DNA of 63,538 nt, filler included, from Pelomyxa schiedti (GCA_020536535.1; 12 parts of 12 records of this genome joined end to end with filler, not necessarily neighbours in it); one strand, 5' to 3'. Positions 14,901-28,931 are shown, counted from the first letter of the whole stretch. Numbers and translations: made by a program. The notes: generated by a model from the sequence alone, not told the origin.

Positions 14901-15267
14901 TCAACATCATCGAAATCATCAACCACGTCCATAGGCACAGCTTGCTGCTGCAGCTGCTGCCTTTTCGCGGTCGATGACGGAGCCAAGTCCACCCTCGGTT
15001 TTTTGTTCGGCGGCTGTGCAGCCACATTCCCACCCCCAACAATCCCCCCTTGTTGTTGTTGTTGTGTCTGTTTCTGAGTTGCACTAGAAGCAGAACTCGT
15101 TGTTGTGGTTGTTGTTGTTGTTGATGTGGGCGCTGGTGGCGGTTTTTTCCCCTTGGCGCACAATCAGTTCGGGCCGAACGGGGCAACACTGAAGGGAAGG
15201 GAAAAAAAAAGGGGGGGGGAGTTACAGCGTTTACGAAGAACTTGGAAAGCAGCATCTGTTGCGACAT
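11936..15267 (-). CDS. MacroD-type ADP-ribose hydrolase with two N-terminal WWE domains (start approximate)
   Basis: Macro domain: YRGDITTLQVDAIVNAAKASLMGGGG|IDGAIHKAAG, CISTGIYGYPNKKAAKVAL, RIVFCVY...VYFP. WWE domains: FQWFWLDDKMKWIQYSQEISQKLE...VDLRRMQQARYDDPQKRRGVKR and IWQFWLGEQGK|WQAYPSKVSNKIEEAF. Confidence 0.88.
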
Positions 15268-15471
15268 TGGCTCCTCGTTTGTAGTGTTTCAGGAAAAAAT
15301 TATAGATTGATGAAGGACGAATGAGCTAGAAACACTCTATGCGCTCCGACAAGCACCAACGTTGGTGTATTGTTGCTCGCCGTTCGCTAGAGTTCGAACA
15401 CTCCAGCAGCCCAACACAAGTTGAAAATCGCCTTTGCCAACTTGGTTCCGTTTTTGCCACCTTTCTGTTTG

Positions 15472-16766
15472 ATGGGCCAAGAGGCCACAAGAACACAACA
15501 AGCAGCAGTTAGTTCCACACAAACAAGCACGAGCCCAACCGCCACCACCACAACCAATTCCCCACCCGACAACACGCCGAAGCAACAGAGCACCCCCACA
15601 CAAGGCGACCGAGACATGCAGCGGGCCGCCAGGACCCCCACCGGTGGGGGCCCCTCGGCTTCCACCCAGCCCCCGGGCGCTGCCCCCTCGGATTCCCCGC
15701 CAGCCCGGCACCCGCACCATAAGCAACCACCGCCGCCGCCACCGCCGGCCTCGTCCAGCGACCCCCAGAGCATCCCCCACCCCCTCTACGTCCCCACGCC
15801 GCCCGCTTCGCAGCCACCGCAATCGCAAAGGCGGCAGCAGCAGCAGCAGCAGCACACGCCGTCGCCGCCCAAGCCCCGCTCGAACTCGCCCCCGCGCAGG
15901 CCCCCTCCCAAGCCCAAGTCCGCGGCCGCGGCGCCCCCGCCTTACTCTGACCTGTTCCCGGCTGCCGCCCCTGGTGGTGCCTCGACCCCCACGATTTCCA
16001 GTTGCGGCGACGGGGGAACTATGCCACTGTCGTACGAGGACGCCCTGGAGACTGCTTGCAAGATGCTGGTGTATGCGCAATCCCTGGCTCCATCCGAGGA
16101 AAGCGCCAGCACTCTCAACGATGCCGTGGTGCTGATTGGGAAGGCCAAGACGCGCAACCAAACAAAACGACTGCAGCAACAGTCACAAGAACCGGTGGAT
16201 TCCTCTGCTGCTACTGCGGCTGCCAAATCTGATGCCGTTTCTGGTGCCAAAAAGCCTCCTCCTTTGACTGTCAACGAATTAATTCCTCGCTCGGGCTCCC
16301 CCCTGAGCGGCGCGAAGTCTCCGGGAATTGATGTGGCTTCATCACTGTCTAAAAACAATGTGAATATGAGTGGTAGCCAAAAACAAGCCAGACCCTCAGA
16401 CTCTGAATTGCCCACAGGTACTTTCGACCCCTATGAAATTCTCCGCTTATGGATCCTTTCTTCCCTAAAAAGCAAACAATGCGAAACCAGCATCGACTAA
16501 GCGTTATACTAGATTTATAAAAATCACTGTAGACCCAGTATGTACCCCCAGCAAAAAGCTTGCTTTCTTTGACTATGCAGAGAGAAATTTTTGAGGACGA
16601 TATCTTTGAGGACACACCAGCCGATACAAAGACAAGCCCCAAAGTGGAAAGTGCTCCTCCGCCTCTGAAAATTGCAACAACTGCAGTTTCCAGCCAATAC
16701 TCCAAATTCGCTACAGTTTCTTGTGGTGAAGAAGTGCGTCACACCATTTCTACTCTGAAAAGCTAA
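15472..16766 (+). CDS. Hypothetical Pro/Gln-rich protein
   Basis: Long ORF MGQEAT... with a low-complexity N-terminus and a short helical segment LSYEDALETACKMLVYAQ; 3' exons uncertain. Confidence 0.5.
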
Positions 16767-17002
16767 CAAATTGATTCACAACAGGAGGATGAATTTCTAT
16801 CATTAACTAATGAGGAGGACAACACATGACTTCGTTACCCGTTCCCCAAAAATGCAAATAAACAGTGGCCCAGTGGCCTTTAATGTCATTACAAAAAGTT
16901 GTTATTTTTACAGAATGTTTCCCAGAGTGCCTTTTGCCTTTCAAACTCAATCCTGTCAGGATGGCTGCCTTCAAGAAAGTTAGACACGATTTTTAGTGGG
17001 TT

Positions 17003-18482
17003 TTACAAGCCTGGTAGACCTGCCACCATTTCTCCCTGCTGTTGTACCTGTTCGTTGACCTGCACTATCAGTGCTTTTTCTTTTTGAGTGTACTCCTCCA
17101 CTGTGAAGGGGAAGTTGAGAATATTGTTTTTAAGTGTGAGGAACAGACTTTGTTGCTCTCTGTGGAGGAGCTGAAAGGATCCTGCCTTAGAGTCGTTCAA
17201 GGCATTTTCAGCAACTGTGCGTGCTTTGGTGGCCTTAAAGGCATTAAATAAACCAAGAGGTGAGGGTATGTACTTCCAAAAGTTGCTGCTCAATCTCCTT
17301 TTCTTTTGCCTCCACCTCTTTTTTAGCCAGTTCCACTGAAGCGATGCATGATTGCTGGGTTTTTTTGAATTGTTCAAGGCTACAGAGTGCATCACTGAGC
17401 TGGCTTCGTGTTACATCCTTTTTACAATTGAGGGAGGCGGTTATTGCAAGATCAGGAACCTGAAAATAGGATGCTCGGGCTACAGTGAGTGATGTAGAGG
17501 GACGTGAAGCTGGGGCTCGCTGGTTCGGACCTACAGCTTTGGGAGGCTATTTTTTTTTTTTTTTTTTGTCATGAGTTTCAATACCAAAAGGAAAGGCAGC
17601 TTACGGGGTTACAAGTAGCACTCTGAAACATTTGTATTTTACCTTTGACACCACTTTTGGAGGCAGGCTCAGCAGAAGTTGAAGGTTTTCCCTGAGGGGG
17701 CGCTGATGGAGAGTTGGAAAAACGTTGGAACCAGAGAGGGTGGATTGAAAGGTGGAACCTGGTGCCGTTGGTTTGGGATCCTCGCCGTGTTTGGTTGAGG
17801 GCTCCGTATCATTTACTCGGTGCGCCACGGTTGGGGAGTTCTACAATGTTGGAAGAAACAAGGGGAAAAAAAGGTGGAAAATACATTTTGCAAAGATGCT
17901 ACGATTTTCTCCTTTTCCTACAAAAAGTTAAATTTTTGGGAACCAGTGCATAGAGGAAAGTACCGCGATTTGTGCCCGCGTGGTTTGAAGTGAATGCGTG
18001 ACTTTGTCGAGGTGGGCAGTTTTTATGGCCTTATCCTTCCTCAGTTTTACAAGGTTCTGCTCACAAGTACGGCAACAGGCATCAGCTTCCAAGTGCTGTG
18101 AAGCGGAGTAAAAAACCTGCATTACAAAACAGTGGGGTGATACTTGCTTCTTGTAAGTACTCTGGTCTCCCTGCTTCATTTGGTAGTTCCTAGCCAGTGA
18201 TGCTTTCTCCGCCATCGTTTCTTGTAACTTACCCATCAACCGGGGTATCTTAATCATTTCCTCGCCGCCAAGCCGGTGGTATTCCATCATCAAAGCCGGC
18301 ATCACTATCGCCATTTGCTCCTCTATTACTCTGCTCACCGCCAATGGGGCAATTGTTTTTGTCGGTGGGGGAGTAAGTAGTACTGCACTGGAGACGAAGG
18401 CTTTTTGTAAAAGGCCTCTTTCCTGTTTGTCTGTACACGACTCCAAGAACTCAATGGCGTCCAGCGTGTAACCATCACTCAC
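17003..18482 (-). CDS. Hypothetical coiled-coil protein (multi-exon; 3' end approximate)
   Basis: MSDGYTLDAIEFLESC... exon and heptad-rich later exons (SLEQFKKTQQ..EVEAKEKEIEQQLLE; EEYTQKEKALIVQVNEQVQ). Confidence 0.45.
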
Positions 18483-18940
18483 AGCGATTTGCTTGCGGTC
18501 TCATTGAGTGAAATGAAAGCGAATGAAACGAAAACAACAAGACTGAATACAACCAAGCAGGAACGAAAGGGGAAAGAAGGAAAGGAGGTGCCAACGAAGA
18601 AAAGAAGGTAGATCTCACACCTCCCAGAACTCGTCCTCCTCCCATGTCACTACCGCCAACGCGCTGGCCATCCTACGTAATACGGCTTGTTTGCACGCAC
18701 CACCTTTTTCCTTCTTCCTGTGTGTGACCGGTTTTTTTTTTTCAAGCAGAATTTTGGTTCGAACGAAGTTGGTGGGGCTCACTTGGTTTTCGTGGCGGAA
18801 CTCCCTGAGCTGATTCCATTTCAGAGGAACTTGAGTTGTCATCCGGAGTAGTGCCATTGCTTTCAAATCTGTGATAGCCGGTAAGAGGAATCACCCAGAG
18901 AGGCCGATCACTGTTCCGAAAAGCCGCAGAGTTGAGTACG

Positions 18941-21030
18941 ATGAGCGGGGAGCTGTTTGTCGATGTTCCGCCTGAGGCCGATGCGTTTCCATTGAGCGTG
19001 GCGGATGTTGTGGCTCTGATTCGCGAGACCGAAGATCACTCCATCTCTCTGCGGAAAGAGGCGACCGCGGCGGCATCCAGATCTCAGTCTCGGTCGCACT
19101 TTGGCCCCCTGGCGCGACACGAGTTGTCTGCAGTCGCGCCACCAGCGCGCATTGAATCGGCTTCGTCTCCGTCTGCCAGATCTCGCGAGGAGCAGCAGAG
19201 TGGATTTTTGGCGGCTTGGGAAAGGGACTTGTGGCCACAAGTGGAGGCGAGGCACGGAGCGAGGTCGTGGTCAGATCCAAAGAGGGCGTATTTGATGATG
19301 AAGGCGTACGAGACCCTGGCGGCAGCGGCGGAGGAGAACCGGTATGGTGCAAGTGGGAGGCCAATTGTGGGACCGCGGGGGGCGATCGCACACAACGGCT
19401 GTGGGGTGGACCTAATGGCGCCACCCAATGATGAGGGCGAATCCACGGAATCAGAGATAGAACGAAGAGCAAGGTGTGCCTCTTGACACTCTAAAACATT
19501 TGGATTTTGCTAGAGTAGGCCATTGGCTTTGTTGTCCAACAAAAGTAATTTAGGGCTCTTGTTGGAAAAACCTTATCTTCCCGTGAAGAGGCCGGCGCTC
19601 TTTTGAGTTTGGCACACTCAGCCATGGCAGAGGCAATATCTCGCACACAGCCGTTGGAACCTTCTCCACGTTTGATGCAGAGAAATGACATGGTGTGGAA
19701 AATATGCTCACGGCGGTGTCACCCAATTTACGAAGTTTTGTGCACTGAGGTTATTGATTCATTTTATGCATATTTGAAAGACCGTGTTGGTTGAACATTA
19801 CTCCATGTTATATCTCCCTGATAGGAATGCAGAACTCTATAAGATTTCCAGTGGAGACAAGATATTGCGCATAGTTGAGCTTGGTGCTGGTGATGGCAGA
19901 TTCGCGCACTTTATTTCATCTAAGTTCTCTCCTTCTGACCAAGGTACCGCAGAAGTCATAACCCCTTCTTCTTAAACCCAAAAAAAGTGTGCTTTCAGAC
20001 CTGTGACACTGGTGCTGATGGAATTCCACCTGTTTTCCCTATTGAAAAAATTCATTATAGAGAGGCACTTAAGGCTATTCAGCCGCACATCGTGATAGTT
20101 GTGTGGATGCCAATTGGTGAGGTATCTTGTTGTCACCTTTCCATTTTTTTGACAGTTCCTTTCTTACTTTAAGTAGGACTGGTCTTCGGCTATCCGCTCT
20201 ACAGATAGCGTTATGGAATACATTCTCGTTGGTCCCAAGAGAACCACTGGTCATGCCTTTGAGACTTGGTCACAAGTGCACCTTTGTGGTTTTTGGTGTG
20301 TTGTGAATTTGAATTGTGTTCTCTGTTTACTCTAAACAATAGTTCCACGTGTTTTAAAAATGTAACAACAGGTTCCATTAGGCTGGAGCATGCAAGTATT
20401 ACCAGCAATATCTAAATTTCAGATTTGCAGGTATGTGTTAACATCACTCGGCTTTTCTTTTTCATCAATTTAGGTGTGACACCGCGGATCTCGTGGGCCA
20501 TTCACATACAACAAGTTTCCGACGGGCTACAGATGTTCTGCCACATGCAGAGCATGTTGTAGAATTGAGACGGACTGGTGCTAAACTCTTTCATGAAGGA
20601 AAACTTATGGAGTACCACTTCTCAAACTGTTTGTGATGAAGTAACTATTTTCAGAGCTCGAGAGACCTATACAGCAATGAAGATCGTCTCCCAAAAGACC
20701 CCTGCATTCCGAGATATTGATGTTGTTGCTAACATAAATTGCGCTGTTGTGGCGTTGAAACAAGGAATGCTCACAGACACTGTAGAATACTGCCAGAACG
20801 CCCTGCGATGTGACTGCAACCACAGAAAGGTACCGCTCTGTCCACAGCCCTGCCCTTACATGCATTAGGCACTATTCCTTTGCGGAAAAGCACACAGATT
20901 GTTGGGTGATACTAAGCTTGCCTCTGAAATGCTGCATAGGGCATACACCCTGTGCCTCCAAGAAAATAGCAGCGACAGTATTGACGCCTCTGCCATACAG
21001 AAAGAGCTCCAGTCTCTGCCCAAGTTCTAA
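18941..21030 (+). CDS. Class I SAM-methyltransferase-like domain fused to C-terminal TPR repeats
   Basis: Motif I IVELGAGDGRFAHF, then PHIVIVVWMP.GEDW and EYILVG. TPR segment NINCAVVALKQGMLTDTVEYCQNALRCDCNHRK|ALFLCGKAHRLLG...EMLHRAYTL. Confidence 0.65.
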
Positions 21031-21685
21031 TGCCTTGGCCAACACCTCCATAACATCCTAAACTAAAAGAGAACCTATTACTCAAACGTGTGCTAGGTTG
21101 GTGGTTGCAAGTTGTTCCAGTTAAGCAGTCAGTGTACTGCAATAGAACTAGAGCAGGCGGAGCAAAAAGCGTCAAGGTTTTTTGTGAGGACTTCGCGTCC
21201 CAGTAGTTCTAAGTACGGTTCTAATCACTGATGTATTTCTGGGAAAACTACCGCGAATCTGATCTTGGGACCCTGAGGGAGATTCAGGCGCCTAGAACTG
21301 ATTCTAGTGCCTTTATAAGGCAGGAACAACACCATTTTAGTAGAGCAAGCAAAAGCGAAAGGAATGAAAATAAACTCTTGGTCACATGAATAAAATAAGC
21401 AACTGCTGTACTTTGAGGCAGACTTGCCATGAGAGCTATACCTTGAGTGCAGCTATCTTTATTCACACTGAACTCCCCAACAATTTCTCAAAAAAACAGC
21501 AAGCAAAGAGCAAGGCAGCACCCAACACAACAAAAAAAAACACAAAAAATGTTGTTTTGGCTTTGGTTATAATAGTATGAAGGGGTAGGTGAGTGAGGAG
21601 TGTGGGCAATGGGGGGAATTGCAATGTGAAATCAGATGCGAACACCTGACCCAGTCACAATGGGGGGCGGCATATCTGGATCAGT

Positions 21686-21850
21686 GGGCGGTGATTTTTT
21701 TCCCTACAAAAAGTGCATCATCAGCGCCCAAAATCACCGCCCAGGCGGTGATTTTGGGCGGTGATGATGCACTTTTTGCAGTCAAATCGGATCACCGCCC
21801 CGGGCGGTGGCCGAGCACATAAGCCAGTCAGTAAAATCACCGCCCTGGGT
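21686..21850. repeat. Palindrome cluster built from ATCACCGCCC; 35-bp-arm hairpin at 21707-21778
   Basis: Arms caaaaagtgcatcatcagcgcccaaaatcaccgcc / ggcggtgattttgggcggtgatgatgcactttttg with 1 mismatch and a 2-nt loop; about 7 motif copies in both orientations. Confidence 0.9.
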
Positions 21851-21964
21851 TAACCACAAGAAAANNNNNNNNNNNNNNNNNNNNNNNNNNNNNNNNNNNN
21901 NNNNNNNNNNNNNNNNNNNNNNNNNNNNNNNNNNNNNNNNNNNNNNNNNNNNNNNNNNNNNNNN

Positions 21965-22546
21965 CTATGTGATCCCGAGTGCTATTGCGCTGATTCTGAT
22001 TGGGATGGGGGTGACTGTGACCCTCTGCCTGCCTGGCAATACCGGGTTGAATCGATATATGATGATGCCTGTGGGGTATCCAAAAATTCACCACTACAAC
22101 TGCCCACCGCCCCTCACACTCACACTCACACTCACACTCACACTCACACTCACACTCACACTCACACTCACACTCACCCATGGCCACGCAGGACCAGCTA
22201 CTTGTACTACGAATGGAACAACGAATGGGTCAGCGACGCGTGCGGCACCGACGAAGGGCACCTGAACAGCGGCTACTGGCACGCGTACGGGTGCTGGGGG
22301 CAAAACAACTACTCGTGCGACGGCGGCGTGGCGCGCACGACCTACTACCCCTCGCAGGGCGCCGGGGCGTGCAGCGGCGAAGACGGCTACGTGGTGAAGG
22401 AGGACGAGGACGGATCGTGCACGGAGCTGAGCTACGACGACCAGTACTTCTGGATAAGGGTTGTGTGTGGCTCTGCTGTTGGCCTGCGTGGCTCTTTTTC
22501 TCTGCCGTTGGTGATGACTCTGGTCCTCATCATTGTTGGAATGTGA
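21965..22546 (+). CDS. Small Cys/Tyr/Trp-rich surface protein with GPI-like C-terminus (5' end at a gap)
   Basis: YYEWNNEWVSDACG...FWIRVVCGSAVGLRGSFSLPLVMTLVLIIVGM*: small residues followed by a hydrophobic tail. Confidence 0.55.
   Translation, partial: LCDPECYCADSDWDGGDCDPLPAWQYRVESIYDDACGVSKNSPLQLPTAPHTHTHTHTHTHTHTHTHTHTHPWPRRTSYLYYEWNNEWVSDACGTDEGHLNSGYWHAYGCWGQNNYSCDGGVARTTYYPSQGAGACSGEDGYVVKEDEDGSCTELSYDDQYFWIRVVCGSAVGLRGSFSLPLVMTLVLIIVGM
22113..22175. repeat. (CACACT)n microsatellite, probably intronic
   Basis: About 10 perfect hexamer copies. Confidence 0.95.
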
Positions 22547-22832
22547 ACAGATATGTAAAATTGATGAATGAAAACTGATAAAAGTCCCTTCCATGAACTG
22601 CTTTGTTGTTCCTCATTCACAAATGGACTCATCGCAAGGCTGGTGTGCAGTAGCGTACTAAATACAAAAATCGGGAGTGACATACGGACGGCAAAGTTCT
22701 CAACAACGTTTTGCGTTTTGACATGTTCACTGGGCTTCCTTTTGAAAACCAAGTTGGAATTAACAAGTGCCCAACATGCCTGCCTGAAACCGGAAACGAA
22801 ACAAAACAGAACCAAACAAGTAAGAAAAACCA

Positions 22833-25800
22833 ATGGGCAGCAGCACCAGCACACCCAACCCGAGTCACGCGACTCTACCTCCTTCGTCTGACGCGGCAGC
22901 ACAATCGCCATGCAACTGTGTTGTTGGGTACGAGGCGTTCCAAAAGGTACAGGAGGATCGCGACCAGTTCTTCACGAGGATGGCAGAGGCTGCCTCACTC
23001 CTGGATGTAACAAACTCATCAGAGAGCTTCGTTGTCGCCAAGAACTTCAGGCTTGTGAAGGCAATAGCTCACGGTTGCAATGGTACCGCCAGCGCCACTC
23101 GTTCTCTCACGTATATTGTGACTGAAAAATTGACAGGGATCGTGTTTGAGGTGAAGTGTATTGGAGAAGGACACCCTCAGTTGTTCAAGGATCAGTCTTA
23201 TGTATTGAAGGCTATCTTCAATTACGGTATACCAACAAACTGCGTTGTGACAGCCTTTGAAGTGTGCTTCTTTTCATTTTGAATTTTCCAACCCCTCTTC
23301 CAGAATGAATACCTCGTTTCATCCGAATTGCCCCCACACCCAAACATCAATCGATATTTCTGTCACTTCCCAGATCGCATCCCGCAACAGTATTATGACC
23401 ACCTCCCCGCAGCAGCCAAGAAGACCGCATTTGACAAGTCGAAGAATCGCCTGCACGCGTGCATGTGGGTTGTGCTTGAACATCACTCGGAGACATTGGA
23501 GCAGTTTTTGAAACACCTCAACAGCACCGCAACATCGCAACAACATCTCCAATCAACGGCCACCATCACCACGACACCATGGCCAATTGTCCACAAGTAT
23601 TCAAGGGATATTTGTGCCGCTCTTGTGCATCTTTTCAGGAACCAAACCATTCACTTTGACATCAAGATGAACAACATCGTAATTTCATCGGTGAGTTGAC
23701 CGTATTTACTCGAGTATACCACTAACAGTAAATAACGAATAAACAGAACAAAGAGCAGGCAATTTTGATTGATCTTGGGTGTGCCAAAAAGTTTCCAATT
23801 GCCAGTGACGTCAATAAGGAATTTGAGATTGAAATAGGATTTCTCAATTCAGTGTCAGGAAATCAAAGTCACAGAGCACCCGAAATCATCAATGGACTTG
23901 TTCGCTACATGCGAAACCCTAATAGAAGGTCAATGTTGCGCTGTGACAAGGTCTGTGTTCACGCTCAGTGAGGTTTTTCTATCTCATGAAAGCAAAACAG
24001 CAACCGTCATTTGAACTTGGATGCATTTTGTACGAACTTGCAATGGGTGGAGAGCACCCACTTCCAGAATATCCTGGTAGCGGTGGCTACGGCCCAAGTG
24101 GACAGATCACATTCTCATTTGAGAGTGAGGAAGAGTTCCCCATGAAACCACCGGCATTCCCAAAGGAGTTTTGCAACCTCGTTCGATCATTATTGCAGTG
24201 TGACCCTGATAAAAGGATGTCTCTGTTGGAAGCATCGGATGTGTTGTCAAACATTGATCCACCCAGCCCATCTGAACTCCTCTCATTTTATTCCATTGTT
24301 GTTCCTCTGACAAGTGATGACGCCGGTTTGAGTACTGTCAATCATTCATTTTCACTGACCCGAGAAGTAACAGGTACCCTGACAACCAAAGCAATATGTC
24401 AGATTCTTTGCGGTACTGGAACAGACAGTGTTGACACACTCCACGACGCACTTGAACTCAACCCCTTGTTTTCACCGGCTTTGTTGCTTTTGCATTACCT
24501 CAAGTCTTCTTATTCTACAACTGAGAATGAACAGAAGTGGGGATGTCAACATCAGCAACAAGGAATTACCGCAGCCCTCACAGGCAAAACAGCCACATTC
24601 ACAGCTGCAGACGTGGAGTTCACGAGAGCCATCATCAACAAGAGACATAGAGCCACACTCCCGGAATTAATTCTGACAGTACTCTGGACAAGGCACATTT
24701 CCAATGAGGATGATGCTTACCACAACGTCGCTCAGTTGATTTTGAAGAAGGTACCAAGTTCAGCTGCAATTCTACCCCAGCCACTGCCCCCCTTCTCCTG
24801 TTTTTTGAGGAATGTCATTCATACACGAAATGAGATTATGATGGAATCTCTTTCACAGTTAGATTTGGGAAACATTGACTGCTCCCTCAACCTCGTTTCT
24901 GACGCAACCTCCCTGTTTGATGCTGAGACGAACTGCTTCATTCGTGTGTGATTGTATTTCCGCTATTCTTTTCCACTCACCAAAAAAAGGAACTGGAGGA
25001 AAAGAAGCTCGAGTGATTAAGTGCGAATACCTGCCCGGATTGTTGCTCCTTTTTTACCTTTGCTGTGTCTTCAATGACCACGTTGAGTTGCATCACCACA
25101 TACCATCAACCCTGTTGGTGGCTTTTTCACATGCCCTGTCATACTCAAAAGACTCTATGAGAACACTTTGCTTACACGTGCTGAGTAGCATCAAAAACAG
25201 CAGAAAAGAAGAAATCATTGCCGAGTGGCGTAACCTTGCTACGGGAGCAGAATCAACAGGAAAAGTGGTGTTCATGTATTTTGCTGGCTTGTGGAGGGCT
25301 TTCTGTTCCGACAACCACCGAAGTGCCACACATGTTTGGGAGAAACTGAGCACATTGTCTTATTCTCATGTTTCCGAGGAACTGAGCATAACATCACGTG
25401 CTTCGTGCGCTTCCTCTCTCTCACATCTGGCGCTATGTTACGAGAGTGGTGATGGTGTGTTCAAGGATCCCAGACAGGCCGTGACACTTTATCAGAGGGC
25501 TGCTGATGCTGGTAATGCCACAGGAAAGTACCACCTTGGTGTATGTTATGAACGTGGAAATGGTGTTCACAAGGACATGAGCAAAGCAGTGTCGTGGTGG
25601 AGGAAAGCTTCTAAGACTGGTAATACCACAGCAATGTGCAGCCTCGCAGCGTGTTATAAGCATGGCAATGGTGTTGCAAAATCCATGGACAAAGCGCTGA
25701 AACGGTACAACATGGCTCTTGATGCAGGCAATTCCACGGCAATGTTCAAACTTGGTGTGTGTTATGAGAACGGAGACGGTGTTTTCAAGGACATTCACAA

Positions 25801-26815
25801 GGCGGTGGCGCTATACCAGCGTGCCGCTGAAGGCGGTGACGCCAGGGCAATGTTCAACCTTGGTCTGTGTTATGAGAATGGGACTGGTGTTGACAAGGAT
25901 ATCCACAAGGCTGTGGAGCTGTACCAGAGTGCCACTGATGCTGGTGATGCTCAGGCAATGTGCAACCTTGGTGCGTGTTATGAACAAGGTGAAGGCGTCG
26001 ACAAGAACTTCGACAAGGCTCTAACACTGTACAAGAGGGCTGCTGATGGGGGTGATGCCGTGGGAATGTGCAATCTTGCTGAGTGTTATGAATGTGAAGG
26101 AGTTAACAAGAACTTTGCCGAAGCTGTAACACTGTACCAAAGGGCTGCTAATGGGGGTGATGCCAGGGCAATGTTCAATGTCGGTGTGTGTTATGAATGT
26201 GGTGCAGGAGTTGAAAAGGACATGAGCGAGGCAGTGAAAATGTACCAGAGCGCTTCTGATGCTGGCAACGCTGAATCAATGTGCAGCCTTGGTGTGTGTT
26301 ACGAGAAGGGCAAAGGTGTTGAAAAAGACATGCGCAAGGCGGTGACACTGTACCAGAGGGCTGCTGATGTTGATAATGCCACAGGACTGTACAACCTTGG
26401 TGTGTGTTATGAGAATGGTGAAGGTGTTGACAAGGACATCCACAAGGCTGTGATTCTGTACCAGAGGGCTGCTGATGCCGGTAATGCTGATGCAATGAAC
26501 AACCTTGCTGCGTGTTATCATAATGGTGATGGCGTCGGCAAGGACATTCGCAAGGCTGTTTCACTGTATCAGAGGGCCACTGATGCCGGTGATACCACAG
26601 CAATGTGCAACCTTGGTCGGTGTTATGCCCGTGGCAATGGTGTTCAAAAGGATGTTCACAAGGCAGTGTCGCTGTACCAGAGGGCTGCTGATGCCGGTGA
26701 TGCCACAGCAATGTGCAACCTTGCTGATTGTTATGAAAATGGGCTTGGTGTTGACATGGACAAGAGCAAAGCAGAGGAACTGCACCAGAGGGCTAAACAG
26801 CTAAACGACGCTTAA
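22833..26815 (+). CDS. Protein kinase with 13 C-terminal Sel1-like repeats
   Basis: Kinase motifs IAHGCNG, VLKAIFNY, LPPHPNI, HFDIKMNN, IDLG, GNQSHRAPE and FELGCILYEL. Thirteen 35-36-aa repeats A/GMxNLGxCYExGxGVxKDxxKAVxLYQRAADAG. N-terminus MGSSTS. Confidence 0.9.
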
Positions 26816-26960
26816 AAAAAACCTACAAATTGTCTTGTACTACACACAGCTCACACAGAATCTGAAATGTGTGTTGGTTGTAGACCTGTGATCCATGGAT
26901 CACTTCACAGCCAAACCGTAATATTTTCGTTCGGAGCCCCTTGACAAGCCTGTTTCCAAT

Positions 26961-27609
26961 TGATTCTACCCATGCACCAGGTGGTATACAGAGTTGAGGC
27001 TATAGATGGTTGTCTCTTGTCGGCAAAGTCATCAAAGGCACGCAATTTCTGCGCGCAAGTCATATTCTGGTGCAATAAAAAGGAATGAAGTGGTTCCATC
27101 ATTTCATTTGTACTTCAAGCAGAAGCAATACGACGAAGGAACAGTGCCCACTTGTTTTCCTGGTTAATTTTGAGTTAGGTTTTTGTTTTTGGAGGCACTC
27201 ACTTTTTACCGTAAAACCCCATAAATTGCAAACAACGAAACAAACTCCCTAGCACTTGAGGATGGTTGGCAACTACTTGTGCCAAGGAAAACAAAACAGA
27301 AACGCAAGAAAAAACAAGGGTGACAAGAACAGTAATTTATTTTTTTCTGTGCCAACAACCAAAGGCGGCCAAAGCTTCAAGGGCAACGGGAAGGAGTGTG
27401 TCTTGGCAGGTAATAGGGTTTCCTTTTCCCCCTAGCTCTATCTGTTCAAGTTGGCCAAACCAGTGGCACAACCCGAAACCAGAGGAAGGGGGATAGAGCC
27501 CTGTGCTTACCACATTCAACAAGACTCCTAGCACTTCCCGTACAGCTGCCCAATGAAGCTCTGTGGTCCGTATCTTTTCCGGTTGTTGTCTGAAGTGTTT
27601 TGTGTGTTT
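26961..27609. repeat. Second copy of the actin 3' flank (matches 4887-5369)
   Basis: Direct sequence identity; includes a short ORF (26905-27102) that looks like the 5' end of a neighbouring gene. Confidence 0.9.
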
Positions 27610-28820
<1,211 letters not shown>

Positions 28821-28921
28821 TTATTTTGTTTTTTAGTTTGTTGTTTGTCTGCTTGCTTGTTGTCTGTTCTTTGATGAAAAAAATAAAAAATGTTGGTTCG
28901 GTGGCCTACAAGGCCGAGGCT

Positions 28922-28931
28922 CCAAAAATGG
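28922..28931. promoter_or_regulatory. CArG box (CCAAAAATGG) upstream of actin 2
   Basis: Perfect CC(A/T)6GG about 105 nt upstream of the ATG. Confidence 0.5.

Noticed and set aside
21686-21850. Resemblance of ATCACCGCC to phage lambda operators, or a CRISPR array
   Set aside because: Eukaryotic context, no 17-bp operator symmetry, no regular repeat-spacer period and no cas genes.
22833-24300. Naming the kinase PINK1
   Set aside because: Only motif-level resemblance; it has a myristoylation-type start and a Sel1 tail rather than a mitochondrial targeting sequence.
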